Part shown: positions 27,601 through 36,109 of the stretch, in pieces
How positions within the stretch are numbered: position 1 is the stretch's first letter
Layout: every line of letters starts with the position of its first letter
From: a bacterium
GTDB taxonomy: Bacteria; Patescibacteriota; Minisyncoccia; Phycocordibacterales; PALSA-1337
Direction: 5' to 3'
NCBI GenBank assembly: GCA_025355565.1
Contig: JANXZK010000020.1
Span: forward strand, 1-60,356
Length of the DNA: 60,356 nucleotides
The notes under the pieces: model-generated
Database searches by the model: none
The model's input: the letters and a program-made list of their open reading frames with translations, nothing else
Told to the model about the DNA's origin: nothing
Made by a program: the position numbers and the translations under genes

Positions 27601-28017
27601 TTCCGTAAGGCGCTCATCGTTCTGGTACCGATCCCCCTGGCTCTCATCGGCGTATTCATAGGTATGGCTGTATTCGATGTGCCGCTCTCATTCCCAGGTT
27701 TGATCGGTATATTGGCATTGTTTGGAATCGTTGTTAAAAACGCCATCATTCTAGTCGACAAGATCAATCTAAATATAAATAGCGGCATCAAGTTCGAGGA
27801 TGCCATCGCTGATGCGGGGAAATCGAGACTTGAGGCGATCTTCATCACCTCGATATGTACGATCATCGGTATTCTCCCTGTCACGCTGTCCAACGAGCTT
27901 TGGCGCTCTCTCGGGGGTGCCGTTATCTTTGGCTTGACGCTTTCTTCATTCTTGACTCTATATATCGTGCCGGCTTTTTTCCTCATCCTAGTAAAAGACG
28001 AAAAACAGCATTTTTAG
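24613..28017 (+). CDS. RND permease (AcrB/D/F family)
   Basis: 1134 aa; LGLLVDDAIVV, GIVVKNAIILVD. Confidence 0.95.
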   Translation: MNNKEHSSDSKYLERLTFRPELRKTWLNFFVSNFRVVVLIIILITAWGLYSFFSLPRESSPEVKIPIAIVTTVYPGASPTDVEQFVTKKIETQLSGLKGLNKLTSNSYNSISAITVEFNANADIESSIQLLRNSVDNAKPNISTDAKDPVVTEISLDDMPVWSISITGPYDAFTLRKYAEDIQTELEKIPGVRQINISGGDEKEFEVAYRPDKLLFYGINISTANSAILAANSAIPAGNFETGTFIVPIRSDESLNDVTEISNVPVSHSSDGSIVYLKDIAAVSEKAVKKTTYSRLSSAGSEPKNAVTLSIIKRQGSSVLDTVDTAKATVEKMVKQLPPGITYSIVGKDLAKVVRHDFTQLSDDFLLTVLLVSIILFLIVGLKEAFVAGIAIPLVFFVSFGCLLLLGISLNFLSLFSLILALGLLVDDAIVVVSATKQYLNTGKFTPEEAVLLVLNDFKWVLTTTTLATVWAFLPLLFASGIIGQYLKSIPVTVSITLVASLLIALMINHPLAAVLERIRLTRRFFFIIEFVLIVIAGILFFTGGTLAYVVGVLLIMIEGYLIWWYERGGKPRLAENRLLTDREWESDDLIKEKLRQQGSRDHENMSGRLMHGIINFHRFLPVYELSFRHYILDKKRRRRVLTFVFVLFVLAIALVPTGFVKSVFFPIQDSDYVYIDMRTPVGTNLTETSRRVEAVETKLMSYKDIDNFSTIIGSASPNSGSFGAGAGSGSNLASISIILKDASMRSMKSYDFADKLRADLIGTQGMEVNVSTLAGGPPSGAAFEAHIAGDDLDTLSGIVRNLKPILSSIPGVVNVSVSQKESVPEYTFDLNPAAMEQNNLNAAVVGSALRTAVSGVELTKIVEGDKEVQLVAIFDQNSLPNLASIQNLQILNTKGAPVYLKDVANIGLKPAVDVITRIDQKRTIILSGGANSTTNGQAILTAFQKKLTSYNLPQGYSITYGGENEQNAESVASVLRAMVIALVLIVATLIIQFNSFRKALIVLVPIPLALIGVFIGMAVFDVPLSFPGLIGILALFGIVVKNAIILVDKINLNINSGIKFEDAIADAGKSRLEAIFITSICTIIGILPVTLSNELWRSLGGAVIFGLTLSSFLTLYIVPAFFLILVKDEKQHF

Positions 28018-28188
28018 ACATTGCCATATTTTAATGGTGATGGGCTGGTCATGATGTGAGATATTTTAATTGGAGAGACCCAAAATAGCATTAGGAAACA
28101 GAAATATGTTTTCGTGAACTTGTGGAGATTTTTTGTAGTGATAAAATTGTGGCACCTGCAAATATTTATAACCTAACAAATCAAATAT

Positions 28189-28587
28189 ATGAATAAGCAA
28201 AATAGAACCACCGAACAAATGATTGATGATCTAGCTGGAATGGTTCAGAGAGGTTTCAAAGAACAAAGTGATGAATTTCGATCAGAATTTAAGAAAGTGC
28301 ACGTTGAGCTTGATGAGATTCACAATGAACTTGACGGGATTCACGTTGAACTTGATGGGGTTCACGTTGAGCTTGACGGTATCCATGCCGAATTAGAGTC
28401 GTTCAAAGCTGAAGTCCATGAAGAATTTAATGGTATGCATAAGGATATAAACGACATAAAACGCGACATGGCTACTAAAGACGATGTGGCAGAGATAGCG
28501 AGCAGCATGAGTGCTATTCAGAAGACAGTCTATAAGGAACATGCCTCAAAGATCCGACGCCTAGAGAATACCATTCAAGCTGCATGA
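28189..28587 (+). CDS. Coiled-coil protein with 21-bp tandem repeats
   Basis: HVELDEI HNELDGI HVELDGV HVELDGI HAELESF (28300-28404); MATKDD motif. Confidence 0.8.
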   Translation: MNKQNRTTEQMIDDLAGMVQRGFKEQSDEFRSEFKKVHVELDEIHNELDGIHVELDGVHVELDGIHAELESFKAEVHEEFNGMHKDINDIKRDMATKDDVAEIASSMSAIQKTVYKEHASKIRRLENTIQAA

Positions 28588-28667
28588 TTTTCTGGCGCAC
28601 GAGTGAATATCGATGAATACCAATAGGTTGCTAGAATATTTAGCCATTTTTTGTTAGTATTTTACGC

Positions 28668-30872
28668 ATGGAAGATAAAAATATACAACCTCAAGGTGGT
28701 TCGTACCCCGACTCTAAGGTTCCCGAAAAGTTCCTGAAGCCATACGATTCCAAAGCGACAGAGGATCGCATCTATGAGATGTGGGAGAAAAGTGGTTTTT
28801 TTAATCCGGATAGGTGTGTCGAAGCGGGCGCGACTTCGAAAGATGAGAAGCCGTTCACTATAATCATGCCCCCGACCAATGCTAACGGCTCCCTACATGC
28901 TGGGCACGGACTAGTTATGACGATCGAGGATATCATGACCCGATACAAGAGGATGTGTGGCTACAAAACATTGTGGCTTCCTGGACTCGATCATGCAGGA
29001 TTCGAGACACAAGTTGTATATGAGAAGAAGCTCGAAAAAGAAGGTAGAACCAGATTTGAAATAGAAAGATCGACACTATACAAAGAGATCATGGACTTCA
29101 CCATAGCGAACTCCGCTACCATCAAATCTCAAGTGAGAAAGATGGGGGCTTCTTGCGATTGGTCGCGGGAAAAATTTACTCTGGATGAAGATATAGTGAA
29201 GGTTGTTTACCAGACATTCAAAAAGCTTTCAGAAGACGACCTCTTGTATCGTGGCAAGCGCATAGTCAGTTGGTGTCCAAAACATCAGACGTCATTCTCT
29301 GATCTCGAGATCAAAGATGAAGAGCGTGTCGAGGGATTCTATTATCTTAAATATGGGCCATTTACTATCAGTACATCTAGACCAGAGACAAAATTTGGCG
29401 ACAAATATGTGGTGATGCATCCAGATGACAAGAGATATGCGGAGTACAAGGATGGTCAGAAGATAGATCTTGAATGGATCAATGGGCCGATCACAGCGAC
29501 TATCATCAAAGATAGTGTGATAGATATGGAGTTTGGAACCGGTGTGATGACTATCACACCGTGGCATGATCCGGTTGACTTCGGTATCGCAGAGCGTCAT
29601 GGGCTCGATAAGGAGCAGATCATCGACGAGCAGGGTAAGCTCTTACCAGTCGCTGGGGAATTTGCAGGCATGCACATAAAGAAAGCCAGGCCTCAAATCA
29701 TCACGAAACTGCAGTCAAAGGGCTTGGTGGAGAAGATAGACGCCAACTACAAGCACGTCGTCAGGACTTGTTACAAATGTGGGACGGTCATCGAGCCACA
29801 GATAAAGAGCCAATGGTTCGTGAGGATGAAGAAGCTTGCCGAGAGGGCATTGGAAGTCATCAAATCTCATGAGATCGTCTATATCCCAGAGCATTACGAG
29901 AAGATCACTCTGCATTGGCTGGAGAACATCATTGATTGGAATATTTCCAGACAGATCGTTTGGGGCATCCCTATACCTGCTAAGCTGTGCCCGACATGTG
30001 ACACTGGCTATGTCGACCTCGATGACAAGATAGTGAAATGCGATAAGTGTGGCGGTAAGGTCGTGAAGGATAATGATACTTTTGATACCTGGTTCTCTTC
30101 CAGCCAATGGCCTTATGCTGTGCTCGGGTTTCCAGATAATGATGATTTTAAAACATTCTACCCGACGGACATCATGGAAACAGGTGGCGACCTGGTTTTC
30201 TTCTGGGTGGCACGCATGATCATGCTCGGTCTATATAGGACAGATAAAGTTCCTTTCAAGACTGTTTATATGCATGGACTGGTGCAAGATGCCAAGGGAC
30301 AGAAGATGAGCAAGAGTAAAGGCAATGTCATCAATCCTCTCGATCTAACCGCACAGTTCGGTACCGATGCGTTCAGGATGGCCGTTGTTGTGGGGAATAC
30401 TCCTGGTACATCTCTGCCTTTGTCGAGCAACAAGGTGACGGCATACAAGAAGTTCGTCAATAAACTTTGGAATATCACTAGGTTCGTGTTGGATAGCACT
30501 TATGGAGAAGAGCTGGTCGCAGATTTCGATCGATTTTCGGAGGCCGATCAGAAGCATATAGGAGTACGAGACGCCTTGATCGCTGAGGTCTCGAAGGAGA
30601 TGGATGAATACAGGTTCTATATCGCTTCAGAGAAATTGTATCACTACGCTTGGCATGAATTCGCTGACAAGATCCTCGAAGAGAGCAAACCCATATTGAA
30701 CGGCACTTCAGAAACCGACAAAAAATCTCGCAAACAGTTCTTGCTGCAAACATTGAGTGTCATCCTTCGTGCCCTCCATCCATTCATGCCATTCGTCACA
30801 GAAGAGATCTGGTCAGAGATGCCTATAAAAGGGAAGTCACTGCTCATCGTTGAGAAGTGGCCAGGACGATAG
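28668..30872 (+). CDS. valS: Valine-tRNA ligase (short form)
   Basis: PPTNANGSLHAGH, ISRQIVWG, DTFDTWFSS, KMSKS. Confidence 0.95.
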   Translation: MEDKNIQPQGGSYPDSKVPEKFLKPYDSKATEDRIYEMWEKSGFFNPDRCVEAGATSKDEKPFTIIMPPTNANGSLHAGHGLVMTIEDIMTRYKRMCGYKTLWLPGLDHAGFETQVVYEKKLEKEGRTRFEIERSTLYKEIMDFTIANSATIKSQVRKMGASCDWSREKFTLDEDIVKVVYQTFKKLSEDDLLYRGKRIVSWCPKHQTSFSDLEIKDEERVEGFYYLKYGPFTISTSRPETKFGDKYVVMHPDDKRYAEYKDGQKIDLEWINGPITATIIKDSVIDMEFGTGVMTITPWHDPVDFGIAERHGLDKEQIIDEQGKLLPVAGEFAGMHIKKARPQIITKLQSKGLVEKIDANYKHVVRTCYKCGTVIEPQIKSQWFVRMKKLAERALEVIKSHEIVYIPEHYEKITLHWLENIIDWNISRQIVWGIPIPAKLCPTCDTGYVDLDDKIVKCDKCGGKVVKDNDTFDTWFSSSQWPYAVLGFPDNDDFKTFYPTDIMETGGDLVFFWVARMIMLGLYRTDKVPFKTVYMHGLVQDAKGQKMSKSKGNVINPLDLTAQFGTDAFRMAVVVGNTPGTSLPLSSNKVTAYKKFVNKLWNITRFVLDSTYGEELVADFDRFSEADQKHIGVRDALIAEVSKEMDEYRFYIASEKLYHYAWHEFADKILEESKPILNGTSETDKKSRKQFLLQTLSVILRALHPFMPFVTEEIWSEMPIKGKSLLIVEKWPGR

Positions 30873-30945
30873 ATCTAATAAATAAAAGTTGGCAGATCAA
30901 AGGGCGTCTGATGAGGACGCCCTTGGTGGAGTTTGTCTGATGAGT

Positions 30946-31149
30946 TCAGTCCTTCTCCCGTGGTTGACTGTGGTCGATCCATCTGCCGGGCAGATGGATG
31001 GGATGATGTTTGGCATCATGATGATGCCTACCGGGCGCGTTACGCTCAGGTGTCCCACTATTCGCATCCCGGAGAAGGGTAGCCACTCTCGCGATCTCCT
31101 TCTCGACAGCCGCTAAAAGCGATCCTTTGATTGGGTAGAAATCTGGCAT
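30946..31149 (-). CDS. Small His-rich hypothetical protein
   Basis: TTGACA-N18-TATAAT upstream (31212-31183); AGGGCGTC..GACGCCCT hairpin downstream. Confidence 0.55.
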   Translation of the reverse strand: MPDFYPIKGSLLAAVEKEIARVATLLRDANSGTPERNAPGRHHHDAKHHPIHLPGRWIDHSQPREKD

Positions 31150-31269
31150 ATCATTGTCATTGGTTGAAGGTTATCTACCAGTATTATACCACCTGGCATA
31201 TGCATTTGTCAAATGTAATTATCCACAGCTATACAGAGCTGCACATTTCGTAGCCACAAATTGGACGTC

Positions 31270-31770
31270 TTATGCTTTAAGTAATACCTCCACAACTGCT
31301 TTTACGTCATTCCCGTCAGCTTTACCGGCGAGCTCCTTCATGATCATTCCAGTCATTTTGCCTCCAGCTTTTGGATCAAAGTTGCCCGCGGACTTGATCG
31401 CGTCGATACGTTGATGAGCTACGATACGGATCTGCTCGCGTGTCATCATACTAGGCATGAATGATTCCAGGATGGTTAGTTCAGTTTGCTCCTTTGATGC
31501 GAGATCAGTTCGACCACCTTTCATAAATTGCTCGATCGAATCTTTACGCTGTTTGACGCTGCGTTTTACTAGCACCAGCATTTTATCATCAGCGAGGAAG
31601 TCGGTCGCGATTTTTGGATCTGTCTTGGGGTTGGTAGATCTTGCTGTCGTACTAGTGAGTAGTTCATTTAATGCCAATGCATTCAAACCTCGCAATGTGT
31701 CCAATCTGATAGTATCCTTTGCGCGAAGAGCCTCTTTTATTTGGTTTTTGATAGTTTCATGTAATGACAT
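31270..31770 (-). CDS. GatB/YqeY domain protein
   Basis: KQRKDSIEQF..GGR.DL, IMKELAGKADG. Confidence 0.92.
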   Translation of the reverse strand: MSLHETIKNQIKEALRAKDTIRLDTLRGLNALALNELLTSTTARSTNPKTDPKIATDFLADDKMLVLVKRSVKQRKDSIEQFMKGGRTDLASKEQTELTILESFMPSMMTREQIRIVAHQRIDAIKSAGNFDPKAGGKMTGMIMKELAGKADGNDVKAVVEVLLKA

Positions 31771-31823
31771 ATATGAAGTGTACATTTATGGACAATAAGT
31801 ATCAAGTACCTTAGAATATTGAT

Positions 31824-32921
31824 ATGGAAACATTACTTATCATCCTTGTGGTCGTTGCGATCATTACGATCATCGCCATGGGCATAATGTTGGCTCGAAA
31901 AGGAACGAAGGAAGAGATCAAGGAAGATGTCGGACTAAAACTCATCTTGGAACAAGTCAATGAGATGTCGCGGACCCTGGATCGCAAAGTCGGAGATCTG
32001 ACCAAGACTGTTGATTCGAAGATCGACCAAAATTCACGGAACATACAGGAGTCGATGCGCTCACAATTGGGCGAGTCGGCGAAGCTCATTCGCGAAGTTA
32101 CCCAAGGATTGACCAAACTCGATGAGACAAACAAACAAGTCGTTTCTTTTGCTGACCAATTGCAGAACCTGCAGGATATATTAAAGAATCCTAAACATAG
32201 AGGCATACTTGGGGAATATTATCTGGAGACGCTGCTAAAGAATGTCTTGGCTCCTGGACAGTATGAGATGCAATACGCATTCAAGAATGGCGAGATCGTT
32301 GATGCGGCGGTGTTCGTGAAGGACAAAGTGATCCCGATCGATTCGAAATTCTCATTAGAAAATTACAATAAACTGGTCAACGAAAAGAACCAGGCAGAGA
32401 GAGACAAGCTGGAGAAGGCTTTTGTGAACGATCTCAAGATGCGCATCCAAGAAACATCGAAGTACGTGCGACCAAATGAAAAAACGATGGATTTTGCTTT
32501 TATGTTCATTCCTCATGAAGCTATATATTACGATTTACTCGTCAATAAGATCGGTGCGAGTACCGAAGAAACTGACAATCTGATCCAGCGCGCTGCTAGT
32601 AAATACAAGGTGATCATCGTTTCACCGACATCTTTCTTGGCATATCTGCAGACCGTATTGCAAGGCTTAAAAGCATTACAGATAGAGGAGACGGCCAAAG
32701 ATATCATAAAGAGAGTGGGGGAACTCGGTACACACCTAAGGAGATATGATGAATATCATATAAAGCTCGGACTATCTCTAGGCACAGTTATCAGTCATTA
32801 CAATAATTCTGGCAGAGAATTGAAGAAAGTCGACAAAGATGTCTTGCGTATAACCGGTGAATCACCAGGACTCAAAGCCAGAGAATTGGACAAACCGGAG
32901 GAGTCACTGGTCGATGAGTAG
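31824..32921 (+). CDS. rmuC: RmuC-family protein
   Basis: RGILGEYYL, IPIDSKFS, DFAFMFIP, VSPTSF. Confidence 0.92.
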   Translation: METLLIILVVVAIITIIAMGIMLARKGTKEEIKEDVGLKLILEQVNEMSRTLDRKVGDLTKTVDSKIDQNSRNIQESMRSQLGESAKLIREVTQGLTKLDETNKQVVSFADQLQNLQDILKNPKHRGILGEYYLETLLKNVLAPGQYEMQYAFKNGEIVDAAVFVKDKVIPIDSKFSLENYNKLVNEKNQAERDKLEKAFVNDLKMRIQETSKYVRPNEKTMDFAFMFIPHEAIYYDLLVNKIGASTEETDNLIQRAASKYKVIIVSPTSFLAYLQTVLQGLKALQIEETAKDIIKRVGELGTHLRRYDEYHIKLGLSLGTVISHYNNSGRELKKVDKDVLRITGESPGLKARELDKPEESLVDE

Positions 32922-33025
32922 TAGATTAGAATAAATATAGATAGTCCGAGCAGTAAGACTGCCGCTTGATCATAACCCATTTCGTTTGCATTTTTATCAT
33001 TGTTCGTATATACTGTCTGTCACTT

Positions 33026-33343
33026 ATGGAATTCGCCATTATAGAGACAGGAGGCAAGCAATATACCGTCGGAAAGGGCGATATCATCGCCATTGAGAAG
33101 CTTTCAGATACGCAAAAAGAGGGCGATGTCATCACTTTTGATAAGGTTCTCCTCGCCGATAATGGCAAAGACACTACGATCGGTACGCCATATATTCCAG
33201 AAGCAGTTGTCACAGGCAAGGTCACCGAGATTGGTCGTGCCGCAAAGATCATCGTCGTTCACTACAAACAGAAATCTCGCTATTTCAAAAAGAACGGTCA
33301 CCGACAGCCTTTTGTGAAGGTCAAAATAGATTCGCTGAATTAG
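33026..33343 (+). CDS. rplU: 50S ribosomal protein L21
   Basis: FAIIETGGKQY, GHRQPF; ATG 33026. Confidence 0.97.
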   Translation: MEFAIIETGGKQYTVGKGDIIAIEKLSDTQKEGDVITFDKVLLADNGKDTTIGTPYIPEAVVTGKVTEIGRAAKIIVVHYKQKSRYFKKNGHRQPFVKVKIDSLN

Positions 33344-33386
33344 AGAGTGGTGGTAAGAGATTGGAGGTTAGAGCTTAGATGATCGC

Positions 33387-34022
33387 TTACGCTCTGTTTT
33401 TCAGGGCATTTTTTATCGTCTCACTATCGACGTATTCCAGCTCTGCGCCTGTTGAAAGGCCTCTCCCGAGTACGGTGAGTTTGATCGGTTTGCCGTTTAT
33501 CAGTTTTGTTATCGCCTCACGAACTATATCCGTCGTATGCTCCCCATCTGGGGTCGTATTCAATGATAGGATGATCTCTTTTAATAGTCTGTCTATCGAG
33601 ATCTTTTCCAGCAGAGTCTTCAATCGAATGCGTTTTTCAGGATATTTGTCGAGGATCGGTACTGTTCCACCGAGGATGAAATATAGTCCTCTATAAGCAC
33701 ATGACCTTTCTATGGAATCAAAGTCGGAATCACGCGCGACGATCATCAGCGTCGTATGATCGCGAGCTTTGTCTCCGCAAATATCGCAAGCATTGTTCGA
33801 GGTTGACTGTGTAAGCAGTCCAATATTGGTATCTGTGATAAACAACCTCTGACAAGAATCGCATTGCGAAGTGATTTCTTTGATATCGTTTATCAGTCTC
33901 GAAAATTCGTTGATGAATGGTTGCGGTTTGCTTAGCAGGTAATATGCAAATCTTCTCGCCTGACGAGGTCCAATACCGGGGAAGTGTGAGAAAATCTCGA
34001 TGAGACGGTTCAGGTTTTCCAT
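33387..34022 (-). CDS. recR: RecR
   Basis: FPGIGPRQARR, CxxC..CxxC, Toprim, ELEYVD; ATG 34022. Confidence 0.93.
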   Translation of the reverse strand: MENLNRLIEIFSHFPGIGPRQARRFAYYLLSKPQPFINEFSRLINDIKEITSQCDSCQRLFITDTNIGLLTQSTSNNACDICGDKARDHTTLMIVARDSDFDSIERSCAYRGLYFILGGTVPILDKYPEKRIRLKTLLEKISIDRLLKEIILSLNTTPDGEHTTDIVREAITKLINGKPIKLTVLGRGLSTGAELEYVDSETIKNALKNRA

Positions 34023-34044
34023 ATAGATGAGTATACCAGATACC

Positions 34045-35436
34045 TCATACCCCTTCCCTTGAGTCAAAATCTCCAAAATCCGCCTTATCAATTGAGAGAA
34101 ATGTAGTTTTTTTGCTATCAAAACATAGTTTGACTGTGCCAGTAGGACCATTGCGATGTTTCTCGATCATGATCTCCGCTTCTGCTTTCTTGCCGCCGGC
34201 ATCCTGATCCGTTTCGCGGTGGATAAACATTACAACATCAGCATCCTGTTCGATGGAACCAGAGTCGCGGAGATCTGATAGACGAGGTTTACCGCCGCGC
34301 TGTTCGACGGCGCGAGAGAGTTGTGACAGAGCGAGAACCGGGACTTCGAGCTCACGCGCGAGATTTTTGAGTGAACGAGAGATTTCCGTGACCTGTTGAA
34401 CGATGTTGTCATTGTTTTTATTGATATTCGTCGGCAACATTAGTTGTAGATAATCTACGACGATGAGACCAAGGCCTTTTTCATTTTTAAGTCTTCTGGC
34501 CACGGCGCGCATCTTTAGGATATTGTTTCCAGGTTGATCATCTATATATATCGGAGCATCGGATAGACGTGAGATGGCGTCTCCGATAGCTTTGAAATCG
34601 TCAGAAACGGATAAGTTGTGGCCAGTGCGAATCTTCCATGCGTCGACTTGAGATTCGGCTGAGAGCATACGGTCAACGAGTTGTTGGGAGCTCATTTCGA
34701 GGGAAAATATAGCGACCGGGACTTTGTGATTTACCGCCGCTTTCCTGGCGATGTCGAGTGCCAGGGAGGTTTTTCCCATAGAAGGGCGCGCCGCCAGGAT
34801 GATCAAGTCAGATTTCTGAAATCCAGAAAGTTTGCTGTCGAGATCGGCGAATCCCGTATGTACACCTCGGAGTTGGTCTTTGGTGTTGTGTAGATGTTCG
34901 AGACGTTCCCATGCTTCGTGAAGTGTGTCTTTGAGAGCGATGAATTTGTGTGAGCCGGTTTTGTTAGTGACGGCATAAAGCGCCTTGTCGGCTTTGTCCA
35001 AGATGTCATGCAGGTCAGCCTCTTCATCATAGCCAAGATTACTGATATTCTCCGCGGCACGTAGTAATTCACGCATGATGTGTTTTTTTCCTACCATCTC
35101 CGCGTAATGATCTACGTTTGTCGATGTCGGTACACAATTGATGAGTTCTGTGAGGAAGGTCATACCACCGATCTGTTCCAATTGATCCTTCTCCTTGAGT
35201 CTAGAAGAGACTGATAGGACGTCGATAGGGTTGCCCTTGGTGTGCAGTTCGAGCAGTGTAGCCCAAACCATTCGGTGAATATTTGAATAGAATGATTGCT
35301 CGCTGACTATATCAGTCACATCGTGCATAGCTTCACCACGGATCATGATGGATCCGAGTAATGCCTTTTCGGCTTCGAGACTATGTGGTGGCACTTTCAA
35401 GTCTCTAGTCTTGAAATAGGGTGATGCGGTATTCAT
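34045..35436 (-). CDS. dnaB: Replicative DNA helicase
   Basis: AARPSMGKT, VDYLQL, LRDSGSIEQDAD. Confidence 0.97.
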   Translation of the reverse strand: MNTASPYFKTRDLKVPPHSLEAEKALLGSIMIRGEAMHDVTDIVSEQSFYSNIHRMVWATLLELHTKGNPIDVLSVSSRLKEKDQLEQIGGMTFLTELINCVPTSTNVDHYAEMVGKKHIMRELLRAAENISNLGYDEEADLHDILDKADKALYAVTNKTGSHKFIALKDTLHEAWERLEHLHNTKDQLRGVHTGFADLDSKLSGFQKSDLIILAARPSMGKTSLALDIARKAAVNHKVPVAIFSLEMSSQQLVDRMLSAESQVDAWKIRTGHNLSVSDDFKAIGDAISRLSDAPIYIDDQPGNNILKMRAVARRLKNEKGLGLIVVDYLQLMLPTNINKNNDNIVQQVTEISRSLKNLARELEVPVLALSQLSRAVEQRGGKPRLSDLRDSGSIEQDADVVMFIHRETDQDAGGKKAEAEIMIEKHRNGPTGTVKLCFDSKKTTFLSIDKADFGDFDSREGV

Positions 35437-35632
35437 GGTGTGAATATGTCTCTAACGTATTTCCTATATGTCGATGAAATATCGAAGAAATGCTCCGACT
35501 CATGCGAAATCTGCTTCGAACTAATCTCTAAGTCAGTTCATTGTATCATTTATAAAAACTTTGCAAATGATCGCACAAGTAAAATTAAGGGGAAAAGCTG
35601 TGTACAATCTATTTTCATGCGACGAAAGTAGC

Positions 35633-35742
35633 TTTATCAGAATTTTATCCAAATTTTATCTTTTTTTTATCGAAATTTGATTCTTTTTTTATCGAAATTT
35701 TATCAAAAATTCATTAGAAATTTATCTCCCGTCTGATAGAGT
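35633..35742 (+). promoter_or_regulatory. 11-bp periodic TTTATC array plus extended -10 (copy 2)
   Basis: Nine units ending 35638, 35649, 35660, 35671, 35682, 35693, 35704, 35715, 35726; TTTATCT-N6-TG-A-TAGAGT. Confidence 0.8.
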
Positions 35743-35773
35743 GGCGGTATTAGTAGAAGTTAATGTAGAGATT

Positions 35774-35859
35774 GTAACCAGTAGCCTGTAATCAGTAAAC
35801 AGAAGAATCTAAGTTGTAACTTTCTGATTTCTGTTTACTGATTACAGGCTACTGGTTAC
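35774..35859. repeat. Perfect 31-bp inverted repeat built from 7-mer units
   Basis: GTAACCAGTAGCCTGTAATCAGTAAACAGAA (35774-35804) and its exact reverse complement (35829-35859). Confidence 0.92.
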
Positions 35860-35874
35860 CGATTTCTAAAAAAT

Positions 35875-36090
35875 ATGTCATTAGACCAAAAAGATCTTGA
35901 GTTGATCGAGAGTATCGTCTACAAGAATGCTGACGACATCGCCGTCTCTATCGCGCGCAGTTTCGAGCGTCTCGAGGAACGTATCGACTCCACAGAGTCG
36001 CGGTTATATTCACGGTTAGCGGCGATCGATGATCTCACGAGTGAGGTGAGGGAGTTAGTGAAGGGGATTGATGAAGTGGATCTGGATTGA
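35875..36090 (+). CDS. Small acidic coiled-coil hypothetical protein
   Basis: 71 aa; ATG downstream of the promoter array and hairpin. Confidence 0.7.
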   Translation: MSLDQKDLELIESIVYKNADDIAVSIARSFERLEERIDSTESRLYSRLAAIDDLTSEVRELVKGIDEVDLD

Positions 36091-36109
36091 AGAGTACGTT
36101 TGATCAGTA

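Noticed and set aside
35633-35726. CRISPR array (also considered for 10527-10599 and 28300-28404)
   Set aside because: Periods are 11 or 21 bp with no unique spacers and no cas genes.
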